Shown here piece by piece: positions 1-10,449 of a DNA stretch of 64,000 nucleotides. The first letter of the stretch is position 1; each line of letters begins with the position of its first letter. This DNA comes from Geopsychrobacteraceae bacterium. GTDB lineage: Bacteria; Desulfobacterota; Desulfuromonadia; Desulfuromonadales; Geopsychrobacteraceae. A program made the translations under genes and the position numbers. The notes beneath the pieces are model-generated. The model made no database searches and had not been told where the DNA came from. It was given only the letters and a program-made list of their open reading frames with translations. Location of the stretch: NCBI GenBank assembly GCA_963662315.1, contig OY759353.1, positions 64,001 through 128,000 of the forward strand, given 5' to 3'.

Positions 1-558
1 AGGAGATTTTGCATTGTGTCATGTGTCATTCCTTTCGTTCTGTAGATAATAGTGAAATGACACAGATTTTTGAGCACGACTGTTAAAAAAACGATTGGAA
101 AATCATAAATCTGTAAGATTCTGTGTGTATGTTGTCGTAATGTGAGAAGCTGAGTAAGCCAGCAACGACCTCATTCGAAACTAGCTGTGGGGCAAAACTG
201 ACAGACAATTGTCATGAAGAGCTATCTGCTGCCGCAGAGCAAAGTGAAAAACTCTATGATCTGGCCCTCTCTATCGGTTTAGCTGAAGGTGCTGAAAAAG
301 CAGCTTTGATAGAGGATCTTAATGCCACCACGATAGTACTGCAGCAATTACAGCCTGAAGTCGTTAATCTTATTACGCAGCTGAATATGTACTTTGATAA
401 ACAGGGCGTTTTATGAAAAGACGTGCTCTGTCGGAAGATGATAGGTGAAGTGCTTTGGATAATCGATATTTCAGTGGTCTGTTTGACCGGGTTGCCTAAG
501 CGTTTACTGGATGTTTCTAAAAATGTGAAGAATTTAATCGCAATAAGGAGGGGCTTTT

Positions 559-2118
559 TTGTCTGGGACTCTATTACGCTATTGTCTCGCTGTATTTTGT
601 CTATTTATGTTTATGTTATCTGTCTTGGAGGGGAACGCCGTGGCTCGATTGCCGAACTATTCCAGTGATTTATCACAGATACAACAAATGGTTTATGTGC
701 TACGCCATACTTTGGAAGCCTATCGTGATGAAAGCTCACTGTCTGGCTCTGTACTGCCCAAGGCTGAGCCAGAAGGCGCATATTTTCTGCAGCCTGAAGT
801 ACGTTACCGGCTGAAATCATATTGGTTTTCTGTCTGCGATACCTATGTTGCCCTGGACCGCCTTGATCAATCATTAGCGCAATTGGCAGATCTTGGTGAT
901 GGGTCTGAACACAAACGGATCTTTTTTCTGCGCCGCAGCATTTTTCTGACGCAATATCGCATGGCGCTTGAACTGATTCCGGCTCTGGAGCGTTACCGGG
1001 CTGTTCCTGTTATTTTGAATGAAGCTGACGAGCAGCTTGGCCTGCAAGCGCAGTTGTATGACGAATTCAAATATCAGTATCTCAATCTGATTAAGGCCGG
1101 ACGTTTTACGGCTCAGGAAGCTGTGGCTCGTTACTATGGCGAGAGCTCTGATGAACAACTGGTTGCCTGGGCTGATGAAGATTGCGGCCTTATTCTGAAA
1201 TCGGGGCAAGGGGAAGGGCCCAGATTAACGCTGAAAAACGGTCTGGAAATCCTCAAGCAGACTGGCAGTAAAGCCTGGTTCCCTGTGCAGAAAAGGGTCG
1301 CTAACTGGATGGGGAACACCAAGGTCTGGCGCCTTGATCGGCCATTGATCAAGGCTGAGCAGATCGCCGACATGAGAACCCTTCTTGAACCTGGTGATAT
1401 TCTGCTGGAGCGTCGTGAATGGTATATGACGAACTTGGGTATTCCAGGATTCTGGACTCATGCCGCTATTTATATTGGTACGCCTGAGCAGCGTGCGGCA
1501 TTCTCAGGTGTGCCTGATGTTGCAGGCTGGCTGGCTGATCAGGGCGTAAGTTCTATCGACGAACTGATCGGCAAACGTTACCCCGATGTTGCACCTCGTT
1601 TATCCCAACCCTATGTTGATGGAAAGTCGCCTGAGGTGATCGAATCCATTGCAGCTGGTGTGTCTCTGACGTCACTTGAACACTCTGCAGGCTGTGATTC
1701 CATCGCAATTCTGCGTCCGCGGCTAAGTGCGGCTGATCGGGCGGCTGCCGTGGTCAGTGCCATGCGATATCAGGGGCGTCCTTATGATTACGCTTTTGAC
1801 TTCAATAGTGATGCAAGCCTTGTTTGTACGGAACTGGTGGTCAAGGCTTATCTGGACAGCCCGGAAAAGCGGGGGTTGAAGCTGCCGCTGCAAAATCATC
1901 TTGGGCATCTTATTACTCCGGCCAACGTGTTTGCCAAACAGTTTGATGAACAGTTTGGTAAGGCTGAACAGCAGTTTGATCTCGTGCAGTTTATTGATGG
2001 GAATGAGTTGCAGGGGAACAGTGAAACTGCAACCATAGAGGTCTTTCGTGACAGCTGGAAGCGACCTAAATGGCACGTTCTGCTGGTCCGGAAAAATCTT
2101 GCTTCAGGAGGTAACTGA
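559..2118 (+). CDS. Exported permuted papain-like amidase (YiiX/YaeF, C92 / permuted NlpC/P60 family) with long helical N-terminal region
   Basis: Hydrophobic N-terminus; LEPGDILL motif, THAAIY (His) before YDYAFDFNSDASLVCTELV (Cys), the permuted order. GGAGG precedes the TTG start. Confidence 0.75.
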   Translation: MSGTLLRYCLAVFCLFMFMLSVLEGNAVARLPNYSSDLSQIQQMVYVLRHTLEAYRDESSLSGSVLPKAEPEGAYFLQPEVRYRLKSYWFSVCDTYVALDRLDQSLAQLADLGDGSEHKRIFFLRRSIFLTQYRMALELIPALERYRAVPVILNEADEQLGLQAQLYDEFKYQYLNLIKAGRFTAQEAVARYYGESSDEQLVAWADEDCGLILKSGQGEGPRLTLKNGLEILKQTGSKAWFPVQKRVANWMGNTKVWRLDRPLIKAEQIADMRTLLEPGDILLERREWYMTNLGIPGFWTHAAIYIGTPEQRAAFSGVPDVAGWLADQGVSSIDELIGKRYPDVAPRLSQPYVDGKSPEVIESIAAGVSLTSLEHSAGCDSIAILRPRLSAADRAAAVVSAMRYQGRPYDYAFDFNSDASLVCTELVVKAYLDSPEKRGLKLPLQNHLGHLITPANVFAKQFDEQFGKAEQQFDLVQFIDGNELQGNSETATIEVFRDSWKRPKWHVLLVRKNLASGGN

Positions 2119-3167
2119 TGGCACGCATTATTTATGGAGTGTCAGGCGAAGGCTCCGGACACTCATCGAGGGCACGGGTGGTTCTTGAGCATCTGGAACA
2201 GCAGGGGCATGAAGTTAAGGTGATCACATATGATCGCGGGTATCAAAACTTAAGTGCTGATTTTGATGTATTTGCCAGTGTCGGACTGCATATTGTCAGC
2301 CGTAACAACAAGGTTGCGCCCCTGCCAACCCTGCTGAATAATCTGCAGAAAATTCCGCAAGGGATCAGTGTGTTGCAAGAATTACGGAAAACCATTTTCA
2401 AGCAGTTCGATCCTCAGTTGGTTTTAACTGATTTTGAACCTCTCACTGCTTACCTTGCCCAGCATTACGATCTGCCATTGATCAGTCTCGATAATCAGCA
2501 TCGCTTACGCTACATGGAATATGAGTGTCCGGCGGAGCTGAAATTCAACCGCGATGTGACCGTCAGTGTAATTCGCGCCATGGTGCCCAAGCCTGACGTG
2601 TCTCTGGTGACCACGTTTTGTCTTGGCGCGGTCAAAAACGCTCACACCTTTTTGTTTCCGCCTCTGTTACGCAAAGAGGTGACAGCGCTTAATCCAACCT
2701 GTGGCGATGCTGTTCTGGTATACCTAACCAGTGGTTATGAAGGTTTTATTGAGCTGCTTGATCGGTTTCCCCGCGAGCGGTTTATCATTTACGGCCAAGG
2801 TGATTGCGGGGAACGGGGAAATCTGCATTTCAAAGTCCCAAGTAAGGACGGTTTTCTGACCGATCTTGCGAACTGCAAGGCGGTTATGGCCACTGCTGGA
2901 TTCACCCTGATGACGGAAGCGCTGGCCCTGGGCAAACCTTATCTGGCGTTACCGATGGCAGGACAGTTCGAGCAGGAAATTAATGCGGTTTTCCTTGAGC
3001 AAATGGGTTGTGGTATGCGTGCCCCCACCCCAACACCGGATCAGATTGGTGCATTCTTGTACCGATTGCCGGATTTTAGTGACCAGCTTTCCAAACAGCC
3101 GAGTAACGATAATCAGGCGTTGCTGACCAAACTTGATAGTTTGATAGAGCAGTTTACTCAGGCGTAA
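2118..3167 (+). CDS. GT-B glycosyltransferase, MJ1255/VC2487 family
   Basis: N-terminal IIYGVSGEGSGHSSR, TDFEP, SLDNQH, AGFTLMTEAL, GQFEQEINA; TGATG overlap with upstream gene. Confidence 0.8.
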   Translation: MARIIYGVSGEGSGHSSRARVVLEHLEQQGHEVKVITYDRGYQNLSADFDVFASVGLHIVSRNNKVAPLPTLLNNLQKIPQGISVLQELRKTIFKQFDPQLVLTDFEPLTAYLAQHYDLPLISLDNQHRLRYMEYECPAELKFNRDVTVSVIRAMVPKPDVSLVTTFCLGAVKNAHTFLFPPLLRKEVTALNPTCGDAVLVYLTSGYEGFIELLDRFPRERFIIYGQGDCGERGNLHFKVPSKDGFLTDLANCKAVMATAGFTLMTEALALGKPYLALPMAGQFEQEINAVFLEQMGCGMRAPTPTPDQIGAFLYRLPDFSDQLSKQPSNDNQALLTKLDSLIEQFTQA

Positions 3168-3216
3168 CTCTGAATTACTGCATTGAACTGAGTCTTCTTG
3201 GAAGGATTTTTGAAAA

Positions 3217-4464
3217 ATGAAAAGTATCTACCGTCAGAGTCTGATGTTTTTGCTGTTGTCATCTCCTCTGTTGGTACTGTGCTCCTGTGGAGACTCCGGT
3301 TCTCATTCCGCAACAGGGGCTTCCGCTACTGCTGATAGTGAGCTGGTCCAGATTGAAGATTTTTCCTATCTGGGGGCTTTCCGACTGCCGGGCGGGACCT
3401 ATGGTGTTTCAAGTGTCGACTATGCCATTGGTCCATTGGCCTATAATCCGGATCACCACTCCATTTTTTTTGCCGGACACGATCATCATCATGCTATTGC
3501 TGAATTTGCAATTCCAGAACTGAGTCTTAGTGATGATCTGCTTGAGCTCAATGTCGCAGATGCTCCACTGCAGGATTTTATTTCGTTGTTGGAACTTCCC
3601 GCCGAGGGAAACCCCGAGGCCTTGAATCGCGTAACCGGCATGCTCTACCTTGACGGGCAACTGATTGTCAACGCCGAAAACTGGTATGATGCGCCGGGAG
3701 ACAATAAAGATACGACTCTGGTTGCGACAGAGGGTAACGATCTGTCCAATTCGGCAATCGAAGGTTATTTCGAGCTGGAAGGCGCAGCCCGGGCCGGTGG
3801 TTACATGGCCCCGATTCCTGCCGAATGGCAGGTCAGTTTTGGGGCGAACTATCTGACCGGCTGGTCATCAGTCTATTCTATTATCAGTCGTTACAGTGTT
3901 GGCCCAACTCTGTTTACCTTCGATCCCCAGGCCATGCTCACGGCTTCTGCCGGCAGTAACGGCACGGTTGCGACCACACCGTTTTTAAATTATGCCTATG
4001 GCTCTGGTCATTATCTTTCGGAAGATGCCCTGGTGAACGAAGAAGGTGGCGCTTCAGATCTGTGGAACTACCTGTCTAATGGGGTGTATGGTTTTATTGT
4101 CCCCGGGACCAGTACCTTTGCTGTATTTGGTTCTTCCGGTGGGATTAACAGTGGGATCGGCTATAAGATCACCCAGGATAACGGCAATCTGTGTGGCGGC
4201 CATTGTGCTTATGCCGCAGATGACTATTACAATTACTACTGGTTTTTTGATGTGCGCGAAATTCTGGTTGCTGAACATCCCTATGATGTCACACCGTATG
4301 CCTATGGTTCCTGGTCGGTTCCCTTTGATGATAACGGTAGGCATGCCATCATTGGTGGCACCTTTGATGAAGAGCATGGGGTTCTTTACCTGACTCTGTC
4401 CAAGGCTGGTCAGGTCGGAACCTATGACCGTCCGCCGGTTATCGTTGCCTTTCAGATCCCCTGA
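3217..4464 (+). CDS. Hypothetical lipoprotein (acidic, Gly/Tyr-rich)
   Basis: 415-aa ORF with signal peptide ending LVLCSC and a Ser/Ala-rich linker; no family recognised. Confidence 0.6.
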   Translation: MKSIYRQSLMFLLLSSPLLVLCSCGDSGSHSATGASATADSELVQIEDFSYLGAFRLPGGTYGVSSVDYAIGPLAYNPDHHSIFFAGHDHHHAIAEFAIPELSLSDDLLELNVADAPLQDFISLLELPAEGNPEALNRVTGMLYLDGQLIVNAENWYDAPGDNKDTTLVATEGNDLSNSAIEGYFELEGAARAGGYMAPIPAEWQVSFGANYLTGWSSVYSIISRYSVGPTLFTFDPQAMLTASAGSNGTVATTPFLNYAYGSGHYLSEDALVNEEGGASDLWNYLSNGVYGFIVPGTSTFAVFGSSGGINSGIGYKITQDNGNLCGGHCAYAADDYYNYYWFFDVREILVAEHPYDVTPYAYGSWSVPFDDNGRHAIIGGTFDEEHGVLYLTLSKAGQVGTYDRPPVIVAFQIP

Positions 4465-4631
4465 GACAATAGGACTTGTTGGTGTGTCAGGTGAAGCCTT
4501 CCTCTCATTATAGCGATGGTGAGGTGACTGGACTCCAGGATGATTAGCGCATATTCATTTCGTTAGGCATTTCTGGCACCTTCCTGTATGCTAAGTTCAT
4601 TGAAACTTTCTGAATAAAAACGAGGATATCG

Positions 4632-5102
4632 ATGGAAAAGTCAAAAACGGTTGCGCTTGTCGCTCATGATAACAGAAAGCTGGATCTTATTGAGTGGGTA
4701 AAACATAACGCTCATGTGCTGAAAACGCACACCCTGTATTCAACCGGGACGACCGGACGTTTGGTTGAAGCGGCTTTGCAGGAGATTCTTCCTGCCGAAG
4801 AGTTTGCAGGGATTTCTATTACGAAATTAAAGTCAGGCCCTTTGGGGGGGGATCAGCAACTGGGGGCTCTGATTTGTGATGGTCAAATAGATATGCTGAT
4901 CTTTCTCTGGGATCCGATGGAACCTCAGCCCCATGAGGTCGATATCAAGGCCTTGCTGAGAATTTCGGTTCTTTACAATGTGCCGACCGCATGTAACCGT
5001 TCAACTGCGGATTTCATGATCTCTTCGCCACTGATGAATGAAGAGTATGCTCCGCAGCTGAAAGATTACAGTACCTATTTGAATCGGAGCCTGGGCTCCT
5101 GA
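4632..5102 (+). CDS. mgsA: Methylglyoxal synthase
   Basis: ALVAHDNRK, STGTTG, SGPLGGDQQLG, PHEVDIKALLR, ACNRSTAD. Confidence 0.95.
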   Translation: MEKSKTVALVAHDNRKLDLIEWVKHNAHVLKTHTLYSTGTTGRLVEAALQEILPAEEFAGISITKLKSGPLGGDQQLGALICDGQIDMLIFLWDPMEPQPHEVDIKALLRISVLYNVPTACNRSTADFMISSPLMNEEYAPQLKDYSTYLNRSLGS

Positions 5103-5107
5103 ATAGC

Positions 5108-6220
5108 TTATTTGCCCGCCAGGTAATTGCCGAGGAATTCTTTTTTGAACTCCTTATAGTTGTTATTTTCAATTGCTGTGCGGGCCTCTGCAACCATATT
5201 GAGGTAAAAGCGGACATTGTGGATTGCAGCCAGAGTCGCTGAGAGTATTTCGTTGGCATTGTACAAGTGGTGCATGTACGCGCGGGTGAAATTGCGGCAG
5301 CAATAACAGTCGCAGGACGCATCGACCGGGAAAAAGTCGCGGCGGAAGTTGCGGTTGGTCAACCGGATTTTACCCCTTTTGGTGAATAGTGTCGCACTTC
5401 GGGCATAGCGGGTTGGTATAACACAGTCGAACATATCCATACCACGCTCGATGGACTCAAGAATATCCTCTGGCAGTCCGACGCCCATCAGGTAGCGAGG
5501 TTTGTTCTTGGGCATGAAGGGTTCGGTATATTCAACCACTTTTTTCAGGAGATCGAGACCTTCACCAACACTGACGCCGCCGATAGCATAACCGGGGAAG
5601 TCCATGGCTGTCAGCTCTTCGGCGCAAATGCGGCGCAGGTCCTCGTAAACACTCCCCTGGACGATGCCGAACAGTGCCTGGTCCTGGCTGCGGGAATGAT
5701 GTTTCAGGCAGCTCTCTGCCCAACGCAGGGTTTTCTTGATCGATTTGGCGGCGTAATCATGGGTTGCCGGGTAGGGAATACACTCATCAAAGGCCATGAT
5801 AATATCCGCGCCCAGATCGTTTTCAATCTGCATGGCTTCTTTGGGACCGAGGAATATTTCTTCACCGGTTACTTCATGTCGGAAATGAACGCCGTCTTCG
5901 CCGATTCTTTTCTTGGGCAAAGAAAAAACCTGAAAACCTCCGCTGTCCGTTAAAATCGGTTTGTTCCAGTTCATGAATTTGTGCAAGCCACCAGCTTTTT
6001 TGACCAGGGCTTCACCCGGTTTCAGATGCAGGTGATAGGTATTGGAAAGGATGATCTGCGCTTCAGTTTCTTCAACCTGCGCCGGGGTCATGGCTTTCAG
6101 GGCACCATGGGTGCCAACCGGCATAAAAATGGGGGTCTCAATAACGCCATGGGGCGTTTCGAGTCGTCCTCTGCGGGCCCTCGTGTTACTATCTTCATTC
6201 AACAGGGTAAATTGAAACAT
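5108..6220 (-). CDS. tgt: tRNA-guanine transglycosylase, stand-alone paralog
   Basis: [44 protein letters not shown], zinc motif CDCYCC...H. Confidence 0.93.
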   Translation of the reverse strand: MFQFTLLNEDSNTRARRGRLETPHGVIETPIFMPVGTHGALKAMTPAQVEETEAQIILSNTYHLHLKPGEALVKKAGGLHKFMNWNKPILTDSGGFQVFSLPKKRIGEDGVHFRHEVTGEEIFLGPKEAMQIENDLGADIIMAFDECIPYPATHDYAAKSIKKTLRWAESCLKHHSRSQDQALFGIVQGSVYEDLRRICAEELTAMDFPGYAIGGVSVGEGLDLLKKVVEYTEPFMPKNKPRYLMGVGLPEDILESIERGMDMFDCVIPTRYARSATLFTKRGKIRLTNRNFRRDFFPVDASCDCYCCRNFTRAYMHHLYNANEILSATLAAIHNVRFYLNMVAEARTAIENNNYKEFKKEFLGNYLAGK

Positions 6221-6310
6221 CCTTATCCTTTCTTGTGTTCAGGCAATTTCGATCAATCGCTAGACTTGTAGCAGAAAATCAAGGTTTGGCGCAATGAAAT
6301 CGGTGAACTG

Positions 6311-7264
6311 ATGTCATACTTTTCCGACATACTGCCACAATTACGCCAAGCTGCCTACCTGCGCTGTCACTTTCAGCTTGAATTCCTGAGGCCGGTGACG
6401 CTGCCGCAGGGGGCATTGCTGCAATTGCGCCGGGAGTTTTTTGCTGCCCTAAAAGGACTGAAAGAACAGGGGGAGGGAGCTTTACTGTCCCGGTTAGAAC
6501 AGCTGCTTTCCCCCCCGTTGCCGGCTGCGCAATTATTGCGAACCCAGGTCAAAAGTCCTCCCCCGGGAGTTGTTTTGTCTTTTGACTGTCTGCAGGCGCA
6601 AAGTTTTCGACCTGGGGATTCCATGACCCTTACGGCGTTGTTTATTGGTGATGCTATCGCTAACGCGGCTGATTTCTTAACTCTGCTGCGAATTCTTGGT
6701 ACGCGGGGGGTATATTGTGGGAGCGGCCACTATGCAGTCAACGTTATCCTGGTGGAAAATGCCAACGGTGAAGTTGAGAATCTTACTGTTAAAGAAAGTG
6801 ATGAGCTGTTGATGCATAGTCCTGTTTGTGATTTTCAATGGTGGCTGGACAATCTGGCTCCGCAGGGAGAACAGCTGATTGTTGAGGTATATAGTCCGTT
6901 AAGACTGCAGAAAGCGGGTAAGCCTGTATTTCGACCGGATGTTGCAACCTTTGTAGACGCTCTGGTCAGAAGGGTCTCATCCCTGCTGGCTTATCATTGC
7001 CATATTGACATCGACTATGATCAATGGGAACTTGATGCTCTGTTGAGTGTAGTTGGCCCTGGTCTCAATAAGCTCAGATGGCAGGATTGGCGACGATTAC
7101 AGGGGGCGTTCAAACAGCAAAAAATAGGAGGCGTTCTTGGTCGTCTGGAGTTATTAAGGTGTGGTTCAACAGACCTTTTTTATTTGCTCAACCTCGGACA
7201 ACTCTTTAACCTGGGCAAGAGCGCCGCTTTTGGCTCTGGCCAATACCGGTTGCTATCTTCATAA
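6311..7264 (+). CDS. Orphan, diverged Cas6-like RAMP protein
   Basis: C-terminal Gly-rich loop LGKSAAFGSGQY, SPLRL strand, WQDWRR...KIGGVLG segment and two ferredoxin-like halves, all typical of Cas6. Confidence 0.72.
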   Translation: MSYFSDILPQLRQAAYLRCHFQLEFLRPVTLPQGALLQLRREFFAALKGLKEQGEGALLSRLEQLLSPPLPAAQLLRTQVKSPPPGVVLSFDCLQAQSFRPGDSMTLTALFIGDAIANAADFLTLLRILGTRGVYCGSGHYAVNVILVENANGEVENLTVKESDELLMHSPVCDFQWWLDNLAPQGEQLIVEVYSPLRLQKAGKPVFRPDVATFVDALVRRVSSLLAYHCHIDIDYDQWELDALLSVVGPGLNKLRWQDWRRLQGAFKQQKIGGVLGRLELLRCGSTDLFYLLNLGQLFNLGKSAAFGSGQYRLLSS

Positions 7265-7345
7265 TAAATAAGGATACTTGGGGTATGGCCTGTTATACTT
7301 CATTCTCTTTTTGGTTCATTTAATTCTTTAATCAATGGAGGCTTT

Positions 7346-7729
7346 ATGTTTTGGTTTATTGTGTTTCTGCTTATGCTTGGAGCGGTTTTTTACATGTACC
7401 AGAATCTCAGGACCATCGAAAAAGAAATTCTTGAAGAGCAGCAGAAGGAAAAGGAAGAGTTCTGCCAGAGTAAAAATCCTGAACCCAAGCCAGTTACCCT
7501 TCATGCTGTTGACGCAGTAAAAAGTAGTATTAATAGTGATAATTCACCAGAAGCGGATAATGAAATCATCGCGCTTATTAAAGCGAACCCAGGGATAAAA
7601 CAGACAGAATTGTATGCCCGGATCACTGAAGGGAATACCAAACAGGTTCAGCAGCTGTTAAAGAAAATGTCTGATGATGGCGAAATAAAGAGAGAAAAAG
7701 ACGGTAGTTCATATCGTCTTTATGTATAG
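7346..7729 (+). CDS. Membrane-anchored protein with C-terminal winged helix-turn-helix
   Basis: N-terminal TM (FWFIVFLLMLGAVFYMY), charged linker, IIALIKANPGIKQTELY...LLKKMSDDGEIKREKDGSSYRLY wHTH pattern; GGAGG RBS. Confidence 0.65.
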   Translation: MFWFIVFLLMLGAVFYMYQNLRTIEKEILEEQQKEKEEFCQSKNPEPKPVTLHAVDAVKSSINSDNSPEADNEIIALIKANPGIKQTELYARITEGNTKQVQQLLKKMSDDGEIKREKDGSSYRLYV

Positions 7730-7744
7730 CTGATTGCTGAATAT

Positions 7745-7776
7745 AAAAAAGGTGGCTCATGTGAGCCACCTTTTTT
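7745..7776. terminator. Bidirectional intrinsic terminator between convergent genes
   Basis: AAAAAA-GGTGGCTCA-tg-TGAGCCACC-TTTTTT. Confidence 0.9.
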
Positions 7777-7794
7777 AGGTCTGATATCGACCGC

Positions 7795-9084
<1,290 letters not shown>

Positions 9085-9202
9085 TTACTCCCTTGTCTTA
9101 TTTGATACAAAAGGTTAGTGTCCCGCATATGGAGAGGGACTTCGTTGCAGAATTGCAGGGTTACTTATATCATATGATGAATTTTTTGAAAGTTATTTTT
9201 CC

Positions 9203-10288
9203 ATGAGCCCTCACTCTGGTGGGGCGCTATTACACCCCGAACTGAGCATAATCATTCCGGTTTTGGATGAAATTGATGAGTTGCCAGAATTTTTAGCAGG
9301 AATACTTCTGCAGCAAGAGGTGTGCTTTGAAATTATAATTGTCGATGGTGGTTCCCGTGATGGAACTCTGGAATGGTTGCATGATCAGCATTCTGATTGC
9401 ATAAGAATAATATCCAGTGACAAAGGGCGAGGTCGGCAGTTAAATACCGGAGTTGCTGCTGCTTATGGAGAATGGTTTCTATTATTGCATGTCGATAGTC
9501 GCTTTGACGATGTATTGGCCCTGCGCACCGCTCTGGATGTCGTGAAAAGAACGTCCCCTCCGGTCGCCGGACATTTCCCTTTAACGTTCCGGCGCACCAA
9601 CTCATTTCGTTCTTTTGCCTATTATTTTTATGAAGCAAAGTCGGCAACCAACCGTGCTGAGACGATTCATGGCGATCAGGGATTTTTACTGCATCGAGAC
9701 CTCTTTAGCCGGGTCGGCTCTTTTGATTTTCGTCTTCCGGTTATGGAAGATACGGAATATGCTGAACGTGTCCGTCACGTGTGCCGCTGGATGGTTTTGC
9801 CCGGCACAGTGGGCACCTCGGCGCGCCGTTTTGAAACGGAAGGCCTGTGGCAGCGGCAGTTGCTCGGGGCTTTGATCATGTGCTTTCGCAGTATTGGGTG
9901 GGATATGTTTTTTCAGCAGGCCCCCAATGTTTATCGGCTCCAGAACTCAGCTTGCAAACTCCAGGTTTTGCCCTTTTTTTTGCTGGTGAAGAAGCTTTTG
10001 AAGCAACTTCCGGAGACTGAACGAAGGCAGATCTGGTCCCAGGCCGGTGCTTATGTGCGTCGTCACGCCTGGCAATTGTTTTTTTGTGTCGATACCTTCA
10101 TCGCCTACCTGCGGCATCAATCTCCGCATCAGATCAGCGCCCCGGTGACCTGCTGTTGCGAACCTGTTTTTAATGTTTTGACAAACAACAGGGGCGGTCG
10201 GTTTTGCGCCACACTGCTGCTAAGGGGATGGTTTTATGTTGCTGTCTTTATCCTTTCGAAGCTTGAGAATCGCCGGCAACACAGTTAG
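9203..10288 (+). CDS. GT2 glycosyltransferase, TIGR04283-like (rSAM/selenodomain-associated)
   Basis: LSIIIPVLDE, VDGGSRDGT, GRGRQLNTG, LLHVD, HGDQG, MEDTE, TSARRF. Confidence 0.8.
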   Translation: MSPHSGGALLHPELSIIIPVLDEIDELPEFLAGILLQQEVCFEIIIVDGGSRDGTLEWLHDQHSDCIRIISSDKGRGRQLNTGVAAAYGEWFLLLHVDSRFDDVLALRTALDVVKRTSPPVAGHFPLTFRRTNSFRSFAYYFYEAKSATNRAETIHGDQGFLLHRDLFSRVGSFDFRLPVMEDTEYAERVRHVCRWMVLPGTVGTSARRFETEGLWQRQLLGALIMCFRSIGWDMFFQQAPNVYRLQNSACKLQVLPFFLLVKKLLKQLPETERRQIWSQAGAYVRRHAWQLFFCVDTFIAYLRHQSPHQISAPVTCCCEPVFNVLTNNRGGRFCATLLLRGWFYVAVFILSKLENRRQHS

Positions 10289-10449
10289 AATAGTCAGGTT
10301 GTGTACGGCTTCGTATTTAATGTATAAGACTTTATCGCCATTTATGGCCTAACTGGTTTTCTTCCGGAAACATGCTCGTTTCCAATCTGAAAACTTACGC
10401 ATTGTTATCCGGTTTTTCGGATGGCAACTAACCAAGGAGATCGTTCATC

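Noticed and set aside
1..64. Possible minus-strand gene start at 22 (AAGGA RBS) and TGTGTCATT/AATGACACA inverted repeat
   Set aside because: Truncated by the window edge; too little sequence to support a call.
4573..4590. sigma54 promoter before mgsA (TGGCAC)
   Set aside because: No GC at the required -12 spacing.
6221..7345. CRISPR array or isolated repeats near the cas6-like gene
   Set aside because: Both flanks are short (90 and 81 bp) and show no direct repeats; I saw none elsewhere in the window.
10289..10449. SAH or SAM riboswitch before ahcY
   Set aside because: Only two small hairpins; no recognisable riboswitch consensus.
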